A DNA stretch of 64,000 nucleotides from Stegostoma tigrinum (Eukaryota). The stretch is from positions 8,792,837-8,856,836 of the forward strand of contig NC_081374.1 in the NCBI RefSeq assembly GCF_030684315.1, read 5' to 3'. Each line of letters opens with the position of its first letter. Position 1 is the stretch's first letter. This document shows positions 1 through 12,769 of this stretch, one piece after another. Position numbers and translations under genes: made by a program. The notes beneath the pieces are model-generated. The model worked only from the letters and a program-made list of their open reading frames with translations, did no database searches and was not told the DNA's origin.

Positions 1-199
1 CAACAACAGTAATGATTATAGTCTGGAGTCAAGATGCAGGAAAGCCACATGAGAAGGAATTTTCAAAATTGTCCCCTAACTTCCTCAGCAATTGGATTTG
101 TATGGTTATAAAAGTTGTGCCTTTCAATCTTTTCCCAGGCAGCAGTTACAGGATGAAAGATGTTCGTTCCAGCGTTGACTTGAAGTCTCCTTTACTGAG

Positions 200-570
200 G
201 GAAAACTAGATTGAGGTATATAAGGTTGTAATGGGGTTTAGACAAAATAGTCAAAAAAAATGCTGCTCTATTCAGTCGATTGTGCAGGAGGGCTACAGGA
301 TAGATTTAAGACTTTGGGTAAGAGATGTCAGGAAAATACGGGGAAGAATTGTTTTACATATTGACTATTAATGACCAGGAACTCAGACAACAAGGGATAG
401 TGTCAATGAATTCAAAAAGAAATGGGATGGACACTTGAGGGAAATTATTTCCACAGCTCTGCAAGGTAGGACAGGGAAATGGGATGGACCAGATTGGTCT
501 ACAGAGAGCCAGCATTGAGTTGATGGTCAGATTGGACTTCTTCCAAGTTGCAACAACTCCATAAATCTCT
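200..570 (+). mobile_element. Old CR1 LINE 3' fragment
   Basis: Degenerate CR1 ORF2 C-terminus (gattgaggtatataaggttgtaatggggttagacaaaatag) followed by 3' UTR-like sequence. Confidence 0.6.
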
Positions 571-814
571 GAGAACCACTCTCAGAATTTCAGGGCATTA
601 GGCAAAAGCATGATAATGCTGGAAGCTACTAGTTACTCAATAATTCAACGTTTGTATGCTGTGAAGAGGGGTAGCTATTGAATCAAAAATAGGTGAGAGT
701 CAGGAACATTCAAGACAACTATACTTTTCACTTGTTTTAGGTATTGTACAAAATGATAAGGAGGAACATCAAAATCATTCTTGTAGTCTGTTTACACAGA
801 TGCTCATTTTGTAC

Positions 815-916
815 CTGTAATTGGACTGTTGTTGTCATCACCAGGAATCCATGTCAATCTTACACTTCGATCTGCTGGATCCGTTAGTTCCAGATCTCGG
901 GGAGGATCAGGACGAT
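815..916 (-). CDS. NFASC: Neurofascin exon, FNIII-1 N-part ([34 protein letters not shown])
   Basis: ttattctag acceptor, GTACAA donor; 102 nt, phase 1->1; gene continues beyond position 1. Confidence 0.96.
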
Positions 917-2044
917 CTAGAATAAGTCATGTCAAAAAGCTTAACCAAAGCAAAGTATTTCAACCAAATCTCTGAAGTTAATTTCCCAAACGAATCAAAC
1001 AGCATCAACCCTGGTGAATTAGCCCAACATTTAAAAAAAACAAACCAAATCAAGCCATGTCAAGTCAACACGAGTGTCCAAGAGTCAAAACAGGTCAGCC
1101 AAGCTTCCTGCATGAAACCAAAACTCAATCTCTTCAATGGAAAGTTATATCAAACTTTTAAAACCAAAGCTAAATATTACCATCCAATGCAAACTAACAA
1201 TAGAAAATTCTGGAAACATTCAGTGTGTCAGCAAACTCCAATGAAGCCACAAACAGCTATTAGATGCAGGCACTTTTATAAAACTCAATGGGAGTGAAAT
1301 TCCTCTTGCTGGGTACCATATGCTAGACAGAGAAATGGCAGCTTTTTGTACACTCCCATTTCCTGTTTGATGGAAAATAAATTTATGTAGAGTGAGCTGG
1401 CCTGCCAATATGTCTCTCACTATCCACTGCCAGTCCCAAGCCAAATTTTGTTCCATTTTTAAAAAAATGAATTAAGCCCAACCTTGTATAACCAAATGAA
1501 TTGAAGCATCCTTCAGCCTTCACAAGCCCAAACTAACTTGTGCTAAAGGAAGTGATCCCACCCTAATATCTTTGCTTTCCCATTTCCTCCCAATCTATTG
1601 TCCCATGGGGATACAGATGGATATTTGTTTCTGCACAATCTGTAGACACAGTATACATGTTGCTTTAATCTGAGGGCAAGTTTACTTTCAAAAAATACGT
1701 AAAAATGACATACCCTTGGAATTTCAGGACTAAAGTGCAAGAAAACCAACTTTAGAATGGAAGGATCAATGCAATGGCATCAAAACAGAATGCTGATTGC
1801 TTGGATTAAGGCTAACATGAAAATCCAGCAGGAACTGTTAACTCTTTTAGTTACCTGATAAAATTCAGATGTGGCTCAAACATTGCTCTTTCCTTGCTAA
1901 AGTTGTTTTTCTTGCACATCAATTCTGATGTGTGTAAGATGAAAAGTTTTGACTTCACGCCTGTTTTCACTAATATTTAGGTTCAGTGCTACCAAGCATT
2001 TATGTCTGCTTTACCATTTACCTGGAGGAAAGCTTATATAAAGT

Positions 2045-5000
2045 TATAGAATCACACAATCACAAAGTCATACAGCATGGTAACAGACCCATTGGTCCAA
2101 CTCGTCCATGTCGACCAGATATCCTATATAAATCTAATCCCATTTGTTAGCATTTGGCCCATATCACTCTAAATCCTTCCTAGTCAAATACCTTTTAAAT
2201 GTTGTAATTGTACCATTTACCCTGGCAGATCATTCCATACATGAATCCACCTCTGCACGAAAACGTTGCCCTTTAGGTCCCTTTTAAATCTTTCCCCTCT
2301 CACCTTAAACCTATGTCCTCTAGTTTTGGACTCCCCCACCCCGGGGAAGAGACCTTGTCTATTTACTCTATCCATACCCCTCATGATTTTGTAAACCTCC
2401 ATAGGGTAAACCCTTCACCCTCCGACGCTCCAGGTTAATAGCGCCAGCCTACTCAGCCGCTCCCTGTAGCTCAAACCCTCCAACCCTGGCAACATCCTTG
2501 TAAATCTTTTCCGAACCCTTTCAAGTTTGACAACAACATCCCTATAGCAGGGAGACCAGAAGTGCACATGGTATTCCCAGAGTAGCCTAACCAATGTACA
2601 GTCACAACATGACCTCCCAATTCCTATACTCAATACACTGACCAATAAAGGAAAGCATATCAAATGCCTTCTTCATTATCCTATCTACTTGCAACTCCAC
2701 TTTCAAGGAACTATATACCTGCACTCCACAGTCTCTTTGTTCTTCAACAATCCCCAGGACCTCACCATTAAGTGTATAAGTCATGCCCTGTCTTGCCTTT
2801 CCAAAATGCAGCATCTCATATTTATCTGAATTAAACTCCATCTGCTACTCCTTGGGCCAGTGGCCCATCTGATCAAGATCCTATTGCACTGAGAGGTAAC
2901 CTTCTTCGCTGTCCACTACACCTTCAATTTGGTGTCATCTATAAACTTGCTAACCGTACCTTCTATGTTCACATCTAAATCATTTACATAAGTGATATAA
3001 AGTAGTGGACCTAGCATCTGTCCTTGTGGCACACCAGTGGTCACAGGCCTCCAGTCTGACAAGCCATTCTTCACCGCCACACTTTGCCTTCTACCATCAA
3101 GCCAGTTTTTTTATTCAGATGGTGAGTTCTCCCTGTATTCCATGTGATCTAACCTTGCTAACCAGTCCATCAAAAGGAACCCTGTTGAATGCTTTACTGA
3201 AGTCTATGTAGATCACGTTCACCACTCTGCCCTCATCAATCCTCTTAAAAAACACAATCAAGTTAGTGAGACAAGATTTCCCACGCACAAAGCCACGTTG
3301 ACTATTCCTAATCAGTTCTTGTCTTTCCAAATACACGTAAATCCTGTTTGTCAGGACTCCCTCCAACAACTTGCCCACCACTGATGTCAGGCTCACCGGC
3401 CTACAGTTCTTTGGCTTTCCCTTACCACCTTTTGTAAGTAGTGGCACTACGTTAGCCAACCTCCAGCTTCTAGCACCTCGATGGTGGCTATTGATGATAC
3501 AAATGCCTTAGCAAGATGCCTAGCAATCACTTCCCTGCTAAGGTCTGGGGAACACCTGATCAGATCCCAGGGATTTATCCACCTTTATGCATTTTAAGGC
3601 ATCTAGCTCCTCCTTCTCTGTAATATGGACATTGTTCAAGATGCCACTATTTATTTTCATATCCTTCCATATCCTTCTCCATAGTAAACAATGATGCAAA
3701 ATACTCATTTCGTATCTCCCTCATCTCCTGCAGTTCAACACATAGGCGGCCTTGCTGATCTTTAAGGGGCCCTGCTTTCTTCCTAGTTACCTTTTGTCCT
3801 TAATTTATTTATAAATTCCCTTTGGATTATCCTTAACTCTATTTGCTAAAGCTATTTCATGTCCCCTTTTTGTCCTCCTGATTTCCCTCTGAAGTATACT
3901 CCAACTGCCTTTATACTCTTCTAAGGATTCACTTGATCCCTGACATCGATATCTGATATATGCTTCATTCTTTTTCTTGACCAAACCTCAGTTTCTCTCC
4001 TCATCCAGCGTTCCCTACACCTACCAGCCTTGCCCTTCACCTTAATAGGAACATACTGTCTCTGGACTCTCGTTACCTCAATTTTGAAGGACTCCCATTT
4101 TCTAGCCATCCCTTTATCTGAAAACATCCATCCCTCCAACCCCTTCTACTTTTGCAAGTTCTTGCCTGATGCCATTAAAAGTGGTTTTCCTCCAATTTAG
4201 AACTTTAACTTTTTGACCCTGTCTATCCTTTTCCATCACTATTTAAAAACTAATAGAATTATGGTTGCTGGTCCCGAAGTGAATTCCCATCGACACAGGC
4301 ACCTGCCCTGCCTTATTTCCCGAGTGTAGGCCAGGTTTTGAACCTTCTCTAGTAGGTACATCCACAAACTGAATCAGAAAAATTTCTTGTACACATTTAA
4401 ATTCCTCTCCATCCAAGCCTTTACACTATGCCAGTACCAGTATATGTTCGGAAAGTTAAAATCCTTTACCATAATCACCCTATTATTCTTACAGATAATT
4501 GACACCTCCTTAAAATTTCTTTCTTAATTTCCCATTGGCTACTGGGGTTCTATAGTACAATCCCAATAAGCTGATCATCCCTTTCTTATTCTCAGTTCAA
4601 ACTCAAATAACTTCCCTGGACGTATTCCTAGGAATATCTTCCTTAAGTACAGATGTAATTTTATCTCTAATCAAAGATGCCATTCCCCGTCCTCTCTTGC
4701 TTCCCTTTCCATCTTCCTTTGACATCTATACCCTGGAACATTAAGCTGCTAGTCCTGTCCATCCATGAGCCACATCTCTGCAATTGCTATGATATCCCAG
4801 TCCCATGTTCCCAACCATTCCCTGAGTTCATCTGCCTTACCTTTAGGCCTCTTACATTGAAATAAACGTAGTTTAATTTCTCAGTCCTACCTCATTCTTT
4901 GCTTTGTTCCTGCCTGCCCTGACTGTTTGGCTTGCTCCTTTTCCCAGTGTCAGACTAATCTCTTTCTTCACTATCTCCCTGGGTCCCACTCCAGCCCCCA

Positions 5001-6700
5001 TCCCCTTACTAGTTTAAATCCTCCCAAGCAGCTTTAGCAAATCTCCCCATTAGTATAGTGGTCCCTTTCCAATTCAGGTGCAATCTGTAATTCTTATGCA
5101 GGCCACTTCTACCTCAGAAGAGATACCAATGATCCAAAAATGTGAATCCTTCTCCCCTGCGCCAGCTCCTCAGCCATACATTTATCTGCTTTAGCCTCTT
5201 ATTCCTACCCTCACTAGATCATGGCATTGGCAGTAATCCAGATATTACTACCCTTGAGGACCTCCTTTTTCATTTCCTGCCTAAATTCCTATATTGTCTC
5301 CTCAAAGTCTCATCTTTTTCTCTTCCTATGTGTTAGTTCCAAATAACAACATTCTGTTGGTCTCTCTCCCCTTTAAGAATATTCTGCACCCTCTCTGAGA
5401 TATCTTTGGTCCTGGTACCAGGCAGGCAACACACCATTCTGATGTCTCGCTGTCAGCAGCAGAAACATATCTCTGTGCCTCTGATGAGAGTCCCCTATCA
5501 CAATTGATCACTTGGGACCTGGCGCATTCCTCAGCACAATAGAGCTATTGTTGGTACCAGAAACCTGGCTGTCTGTGCTACATTTGCCTAAGAGTCCTTC
5601 ACCCCCTTCATTTTCCAAATCAGCATACTTATTTGAGATGGGGACAGTCACAGGAGACTTCTGCATGACCTGCCTCCCTCTCTTTTTTTTAGAATCCCTA
5701 CAGTGTGGAAACAGGCCCTTCGGCCCAACCAGTCCACACCGAAACTCAAAGCACCCCTAGCCAGATCCATCCTGCTATAATCCACCTAATCTACACATCT
5801 CTGAACAGTACGGGCAATTTAGCATGGCCAATCCAACCAGCATGCACATCTTTGGACTGTGGGAGGAAACCAGAGCACCTGGAGGAAACCCACGCAGACA
5901 CAGGGAGAATGTGCAAACTCCACACAGACAGTCGTCCAAGGGTGGAATCAAACCCGGGTCCCTGGGGCTGTGAGGCTGCAGTGCTAACCACTGAGCCACC
6001 GTGCCACCCCTCTCCTACCTTTCCTGGTGGTAACCCATCTATCTGCAGGTCTTCTCTTTTCCTACAACCACCATCCATCATAACCCTTAGCTCCTGTAAA
6101 TTCCTCATTGCCTCGAACGGCCGCTCCAACTGATTCATGCGACCCAATAGGATTTGCAACCAAACACACTTCCTGCAGACATAATTATCACAAACATGGA
6201 AACTCTCCCTAATCTCCCACATCCAGCAGGAAGGGCACATCACTCTACTAAAGGCCATCTTTGCACCTTAACAATCTACAGATCCAGAAAACTGCACAGT
6301 CTCACTGCTCTGAAAAACACCGCTCCAGGCTACTTAGTACTTAGGTTTTATGTTTTTAAAATTTAATCAAGAGACAGATCTCAGTAAAACATACAATCAA
6401 AAAACAACCCACTATACTCATGTGGTAGATTTACAAAAGAAAAAAATAGTAAGGTTACACTTAGAATCTATCCACTTAGCTGCACCCCATGCTGTGAGGT
6501 CTCCCACATAGATTTCTCCAAGGTCAGCTGTCAATTTTGCTGTTTATTTATTTGTCTGAGATGAGCTGCAGTGGCCAGAGATACTTTAAACCAGACAGCA
6601 AAGGGAATAGCTGCAAAGGTTCATTACTGGGTCAGACAATGTGCAGGTTCTTTTCTCTGTGGGTTCACTTCTCACCATGTGGTCACTGCCTTTGTTTCAC
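2045..6700 (-). mobile_element. Near-full-length decayed CR1 LINE (ORF1 zinc finger/esterase, ORF2 endonuclease-RT)
   Basis: ORF1 start MAFSRVMCPSCWMWE..CRKC (6258); esterase-like CCLPG region near 5430; RT fragments NCRPVSLTSVVGKLLE and YIDFSKAF; C-terminal EVYKIMRGMDRV..TRGHRFKV; many frameshifts. Confidence 0.9.
5691..6008 (-). mobile_element. HE1-type tRNA-derived SINE nested in CR1 ORF1
   Basis: Head ggcacggtggctcagtggttagcactgcagcctcacag with A/B boxes; CR1-like tail ccacactgtagggattct. Confidence 0.88.
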
Positions 6701-6714
6701 TTCCTCCTTTTCTA

Positions 6715-8020
6715 ACATAGAACATAGAACATTACAGCACAGTACAGGCCCTTTGGCCCTCGATGTTGTGCCGACCTGTCATACCGATCTCAAGTCCATC
6801 TAACCTACACTATTCCATGTACGGCCATATGCTTATCCAATGGCGACTTAAATATACCTAAAGTTGGTGAATCTACTATCGTTGCAGGTAGTTCCATTCC
6901 CTTACTACTCTCTGAGTAAAGAAACTACCTCTGACATCTGTCCTATATCCTTCACCCCTCAATTTAAAGCTATGCCCCCTCGTGCTGCCGTCACCATGCA
7001 AGGAAAAAGGCTCTCCCCATCCACCCTATCTAACCCTCTGATTATTTTACATGTTTCAATTAAGTCACCTCTCAACCTTCTTCTCTCTAATGAAAACAGC
7101 TTCAAGTCCCTCAGCCTTTCCTCGTAAGACCTTCCCTCCATACCAGGCAACATCCTAGTAAAGGGGTAATGGGAGCTGCAGATGCTGGAGAATTCTAAGA
7201 TAATAAAATGTGAGGCTGGATGAACACAGCAGGCCAAGCAGCATCTCAGGAGCACAAAAGCTGACGTTTCGGGCCTAGACCCTTCATCAGAGAGGATCTG
7301 ATGAAGGGTCTAGGCCCAAAACGTCAGCTTTTGTGCTCCTGAGATGCTGCTTGGCCTGCTGTGTTCATCCAGCCTCACATTTTATTATCAACATCCTAGT
7401 AAATCTCCTCTGCACCCTTTCCAAAGCTTCCACATCCTTCTTATAATGCGGTGACCAGAACTGTACACAATACTCCAAGTGCAGCCGCACCAGAGTTTTG
7501 TACAGCTTCACCATAACCTCTTGGTTCCGGAACTCGATCCCTCTATTAATAAAAGCTAAAACACTGTATGCCTTCTTAACAGCCCTGTCAACCTGGGTGG
7601 CAACTTTCAAGGATCTGTGTACATGGACACCGAGATCTCTCTGCTCATCTACACTACTAAAAATCTTACCACTAGCCCTGTACTTTGCCTTCCAGTTACT
7701 CCTACCAAAGTGCATCACCTCACACTTGTCTGCATTAAACTCCATTTGCCACCTCTCAGCCCAGCTCTGCAGCTTATCTATGTCTCTCTGCAACCTACAG
7801 CATCCTTCGTCACTATCCACAACTCCACCGACCTTAGTGTCGTCTGCAAATTTACTAACCCATCCTTCTACGCCCTCATCCAGGTCATTTATAAAAATGA
7901 CAAACAGCAGTGGACCCAACACCGACCCTTGCGGTACACCACTAGTAACTGGTCTCCAGGATGAACATTTCCCATCAACTACCACCCTCTGTGATCTTTC
8001 AGCAAGCCAATTTCCGATGC
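6715..8020 (-). mobile_element. Young 5'-truncated CR1 LINE (RT C-half plus 3' UTR)
   Basis: Open 238-aa ORF with [28 protein letters not shown]; (gttctat)n tail; interrupted at 7163-7388. Confidence 0.93.
7163..7388. mobile_element. Palindromic Penelope-derived element with hammerhead cores, 15-bp TSD
   Basis: ~92-bp inverted arms (7199-7290 / 7298-7389); CTGATGA-AGGGTCTAGGCCC-GAAAC-GTC core; caacatcctagtaaa duplicated at 7148-7162 and 7389-7403. Confidence 0.85.
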
Positions 8021-8449
8021 AATCCAATTCTAAAGTGATGTTGTTTTGATTTTTTTTTCCCAAAGTTCCCAAAGAGTGCAATGGCTTATAAAACAGTAAT
8101 TCTTGCTACTAGAATTCAAGCAAATTAGCTCCAACACTGAAAGCACCTCAAAAAAGGAGCAACACTTACAGCCATGATTTTTTTTCCTGTCTTCCATCTG
8201 GGATTACCCAGAATCCTTCACAGATTTGCTAAATAAATAAACTTGTCATCCAAGGAATTTTTAGATAGCGTTCAGAGGCACCTTATACAATGCAATGAGA
8301 CCATCATATCAAAGAAGTTAATGAGTTATTATTGGGTTTTCCTTCACAGAACACACCTACGTCAATGTGTAAGTTAAACCACGGGTAAATGCCAGAAATT
8401 TGGTCATGTTCTTTCAACAAGTTAACTTGCAAGATGAACATGTAAGAGG

Positions 8450-8935
8450 AGAGACAAAAATTGCTGGAAAAAACTTAGTAGGTCTGGCAGCATCTGTGGA
8501 AAGAAATCAGAGTCTAGTGACCCTTCTTCAGAACTGATGGCACCTAGGAAAATGTTTTTATGCAGGAGACAGATTTGGGGGGGCTGCTGGACTACGTAAG
8601 TAATAACTGATAGATGGGGATAATGCCCAAATAGAGAGCAAAACAGTTGGACAGACAAAAGAATGGATAACGATTTGGCTGGGATAATGAATGGCTGCTA
8701 ATGGGGACTATTAGTGGCTGACAATGGGTTGTGCGCAATAGCAGATCATGAGATAACAAGGCCTGATAATGTAGGGTTGGAGGAATGTGTGGGGAAGGTG
8801 CATAAGCTTTAATTGTTGAACCCGATATTGAGTACAGAAGACTGTAGAGTTCCCAAACTGAAAATGAGGTGCTGTTCTTCCAGTTTGTGCTGAGCTTCAC
8901 TGGAGCACTGCAGGAAGCCTGAAATGGTGTCAGGC
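8450..8935 (-). mobile_element. Penelope-like element 3' end: GIY-YIG endonuclease C-terminus, 3' UTR and degenerate hammerhead
   Basis: Minus strand reads GFLQCSSEAQHKLEEQHLIFSLGTLQSSVLNIGFNN*, typical of vertebrate Penelope ORF ends; downstream ctgaagaagggtcactagac core. Confidence 0.8.
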
Positions 8936-9084
8936 TTTGTCAGATGCTCTCTTTGATCTCAAGCTCTGAACTCACAACTGGACTGCCAAGGCTGAACATA
9001 CTGGACATTCTTGGCAGTCTCTCAGATGCTGTCATCCAGAGGAAGCGTCTGTGTTTCCTATGCCATAGAGTTGGCAATAATCTT

Positions 9085-9400
9085 AGAGAGAACCCTAGGC
9101 TGATATTCAGGAAACTTGGGTTTGAATCCCACCATAGTAAATGATGAAATTTAATTCAACTAAAAAATCCTGGATTTAAAATTAAGCCTATTGCTGACCA
9201 TATAAACTGTACTGATTGAGATAAAACCCATTAGGTTCATTAATTTTCTTTAGGTTCTTACCTGGTCTAGTCTATACGGGACAAAAACAATGTGACTAAC
9301 TCCTAACTGCCCTCTGAAATGGCTTGGCAAACTACTTAATTCAAGGGCAGATAAAGAGGGGTAACAGTGCCTTGCAGTGATGCCAATATCCTATGAATGC
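9085..9400 (+). mobile_element. Old tRNA-derived SINE (same family as 22570-22915)
   Basis: B-box gggtttgaatcccacc; shared core aaacccattaggttcattaat...taactgccctctg. Confidence 0.6.
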
Positions 9401-9575
9401 AAGTGTAGAAAGGGAGCCCTACAGGATGTGTGTTACACCACAGACCTCAATGTATCAGGGATTGATATTATGGTTAGTGAATATGCTAGGTTGTTAGGTA
9501 GAGACATTGATGAGTTCTCAATATGAAGCTGTTAATCAGGCAGCTGCAGAGAGGCTAAGCACGTTCCATAATGAC

Positions 9576-9864
9576 TAGATTCCCTACAGTGTGGAAACAT
9601 ACCCTTCGGCCCAACAAGTCTACACCACCCCTTGCAGCATCCCACCCAGACCCATCCTCCTATAACCCACACACCCCTGAACACTACGGGCAATTTAGCA
9701 TGGCCGATCCACCTAGCCTGCACATCTTTGGACTGTGGGAGGAAACCGACGCAGACACGGGGAGTACGTGCAAACTCCGCACAGACAGTCGCCCGAGGCT
9801 GGAACCGAACCCGCATTCCTGGTGCCGTGAGGCTGCAGTGCTAACCACTGAGCCACCGTGCTGC
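9576..9864 (-). mobile_element. HE1-type SINE
   Basis: Same head and tail as 5691-6008. Confidence 0.88.
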
Positions 9865-10496
9865 CAGTGATGGCATCACTGTCTACATCAGACAACCAAT
9901 GTGACATTACTCTACCTCTTTAGTTGTCATGTTAGCTGAGAATGAAGGGTGCTGATACTTTGCATCATGGGCCAGATGGGTTTGGGTTAGATCTGGCTAT
10001 CTTGACATAATATTTTCAAGTAAGGATAAATTCCCCATTTTTTATGCATGCATGGAGAACAAAAAATTCCAACAAACTTTATTTAATGTTACATTTTAAA
10101 GGCTAAGAGAGTCTCTCAACTATTTCAGATGGTGATCTTGATGTTTAAGGTAGCTAGCAGACAGCTTACAGCATAGGTCCTTGTGGTACTGGCTTACTGC
10201 ACCTTCTTTATCCCTCCAATTACCCTGAAATAATTCATTCCTGATCCAGCTTTGTCGCTGTACGGAAGTGAACTCAGTTCCAAGCCTGTTATTTGCATGA
10301 CCAAATTGGAAGAGAATCCATTCTCTTAACCCTCAGTTTATGCGTACTGTTTGTGGATAAGGAAGAAATGAAGTGCAAATGTGTGTTCAGTTTGGTGATA
10401 GTAATTTTAAAAAAAATCATTATTCTTTCTCAGTCCAATATTAATGCCAAGTTATCCCGAAATGGGGCTCTTCAAAACTTGTGTCAGTAATGTCAG

Positions 10497-10634
10497 AGAT
10501 AGTAGGAACCACAGATACTGGAGAGTCTGAGATAGCAACATGTAGAGCTGGATAACACAGCAGGCCAAGCAGCCTCCCTGCTCCTCTGATGCTGCTTGGT
10601 CTGCTGCGTTCATCCAGCTCTACACCTTGTTATC
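10497..10634. mobile_element. Palindromic Penelope-derived element, centre deleted, 13-bp TSD
   Basis: tcagtaatgtcag at 10484-10496 and 10635-10647; inverted arms. Confidence 0.8.
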
Positions 10635-10859
10635 TCAGTAATGTCAGTGTTGAGAAAAGGTTCACTTGGCAAAATTTGCACTTGGTGTTAATTTTAGCTG
10701 CATCCCTGGTTAAGGGTAACAATGGCTCGGAACAGAGTAACATTGTTTTTACCTTCACGTTGACCCCACAACCTGTCTTAGTTCCAATCTCAGAAAAGTA
10801 TAACCTGTTTTAAAAAGCTGACATCTCCATGCTCAACACCAATGAATCTTTGTGGCCTG

Positions 10860-11050
10860 AAATAGACTCATTGGTTTGTACAGCACAGAAACAGACTTTA
10901 TGGTCCAACTTGTCCATGCTGACCAGCTATCCTAAATTTAATCCTGTCCTATTTGTCAGCATTTGGCCAATATCCCTCTAAACTGTTCCTGTTCATGTAC
11001 CCATCCAGATGCCTTTTAAATATTATAATTATACCCACCTCCTCTGCCAG
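10860..11050 (-). mobile_element. CR1 3' tail fragment
   Basis: Similar to 2060-2220. Confidence 0.65.
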
Positions 11051-11823
11051 CTCATTTTATAATTATGACGGAGACTGGCAAGTTTCACCTTTCCCCATTG
11101 GAGTCAAAATACATTCAGATTGCAGAACTTAAAGAAACTTGGTCTCAAAGCATTTTAAAACCAGACAGCACAGAAGGAGGCCATTCAGCCTGTTGTGTCC
11201 ATGCTGGCTCTTTGATTAAATGAATGCATTTTTGCACCAGTTACCTGCTCTTTCTTCATAGCCTGTATTTTCTTTTATTCTCCCTTCAAGTATTTAACCA
11301 GTTCTCAAATGTTGCTGTTGAACCTGCTTTAGTCACTGTTTTCAGCCAATTTTGGACCACAATTTGTTGTATAAAAACCTTTCCAGACTGCGTGGTTGGC
11401 CCTTGAGTCGCTGAGCAAAGCAATTCAGTTCTACAAACAAGACAGTCCAACTCCTATCCCTTCAGGGTAACTAGAGATGGATAATAAATGCTAGCATCAC
11501 CCACATCCCTGGAACAAACAAAATGAGTTTTCTCCACCTCTGCTGCCCCATCCTTACCCCAGAACGATGTTAAGAATAACATCTGTAAATAGTGAGAGTT
11601 GTCCGTGCTACTTCTGATCTGATTTCAATAATGCATAGGCTAAAACTTGCCCTCAAAATACCAAGGGTGCTGTTGAGAATGTAGGCCCTGTCTTGGTTAA
11701 GATGTTAGGTTATGGTTCACATCCAGGTTTGCTCTCTGACCTCTGGACCACTGATGTTGCTTGCGGTGCTTGACTTCCAGGGCAGAATGTTAATAGATGT
11801 GAAGGAGTTAGTAAGCGGATTAC

Positions 11824-11868
11824 CTTTCAGCACAGCAGCAAGCGGGGTAATTTGGGTGGAGGGGACAA
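11824..11868 (-). CDS. NFASC: Alternative Ig6-FNIII-1 linker exon, 45 nt (VVPSTQITPLAAVLK)
   Basis: cttttacctccacag acceptor, GTAATC donor; symmetric phase 1; resembles the mammalian NFASC 15-aa linker (ADQATPTNRLAALPK, recalled from memory). Confidence 0.88.
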
Positions 11869-12436
11869 CTGTGGAGGTAAAAGGAAAGTTGAGAGAGTTT
11901 AGTTTCACATTAAACCCTAAAAACAAAACAGTTAAAATTGACACTCCCAATGGAATTGAACAAGAACAATCAAAAGATGCAGTGGGTTACGGCAGGAACA
12001 AAATGCAAAGTGACTGATAAACTAGACCCTTGTTCAATGAACAGAACACTTATCCCTTCGATATTCATTCAGAGTTTCTGCTCAGTCTAGGATCTTTCTA
12101 ATTATTTGTGGTACAGGATAGAGCACTGGTGGCTTGCATGATAGCAACAGGTTCATTTTTCATTAATGTGCTTGGTATAATTGTTAAGAATTGTCAGGAT
12201 CAGTACAGATTCCAACTGCTCCCTTTGGCTTCATGTCAGAACTCAATTGCCTCTGGCTGAAGACCTGTGACACGAGCAAATTGGCAACACTCAATGTAAC
12301 TTAAACATTAACTCACTCAGAACAATTACGTATTGCAACATTCTCCCACCAAGCTATTTAACTAATTAATGTATCTGACACTGTTACATTTACCACTATG
12401 CATTTCCTTCACCTCCAAGTCTCTGACTTCAAACAT

Positions 12437-12758
12437 AATAGAATCATAGACCACAGAATCCCTACAGTGTGGAAGCAGGCCCTTAAGCCCAACAAGTCCA
12501 CACCAACACTTGAAGCATCCCACGCAGACCCATCCCGCTAATCTACGCAACCCTAAACAGGACAGGCAATTTAGCATGGCCAATCCTCCTAGCCTGCACA
12601 TCTTTGGACTGTGGGAGGAAACTGGAGCACCCGGAGGAAACCCACACAGACACGGGGAGAATGTGCAAACTCCACACAGACAATTGACCGAGGGTGGAAT
12701 CAAACCTGGGTCCCTGGTGCTGTGAGGCTGCAGTGCTAACCACTGAGCCACCGTGCCA
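12437..12758 (-). mobile_element. HE1-type SINE
   Basis: Family head and tail. Confidence 0.88.
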
Positions 12759-12769
12759 CTGAGGCAGCC

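Noticed and set aside
2010-2040. Recursive splice site-like ctttcctccag|GTAAAT on minus (similar at ~1852 and ~20075)
   Set aside because: The introns are only a few kb to 11 kb and such motifs arise by chance; no further support.
5960-6008. tRNA genes at the SINE heads (also 9820, 12715, 19370, 31642, 33005)
   Set aside because: Each continues into a SINE body and LINE-like tail; no complete cloverleaf is evident.
5705-6133. Recurring short ORFs such as ..LDCGRKPEH.., MAQWLALQPH.. and MLLRCCLACCVHPA..
   Set aside because: Chance translations of HE1 SINE and Penelope-derived repeats.
7365-8081. 238-aa RT ORF (and 61121-61729) as a host or domesticated gene
   Set aside because: 5'-truncated CR1 ORF2 pieces with near-identical copies elsewhere in the window.
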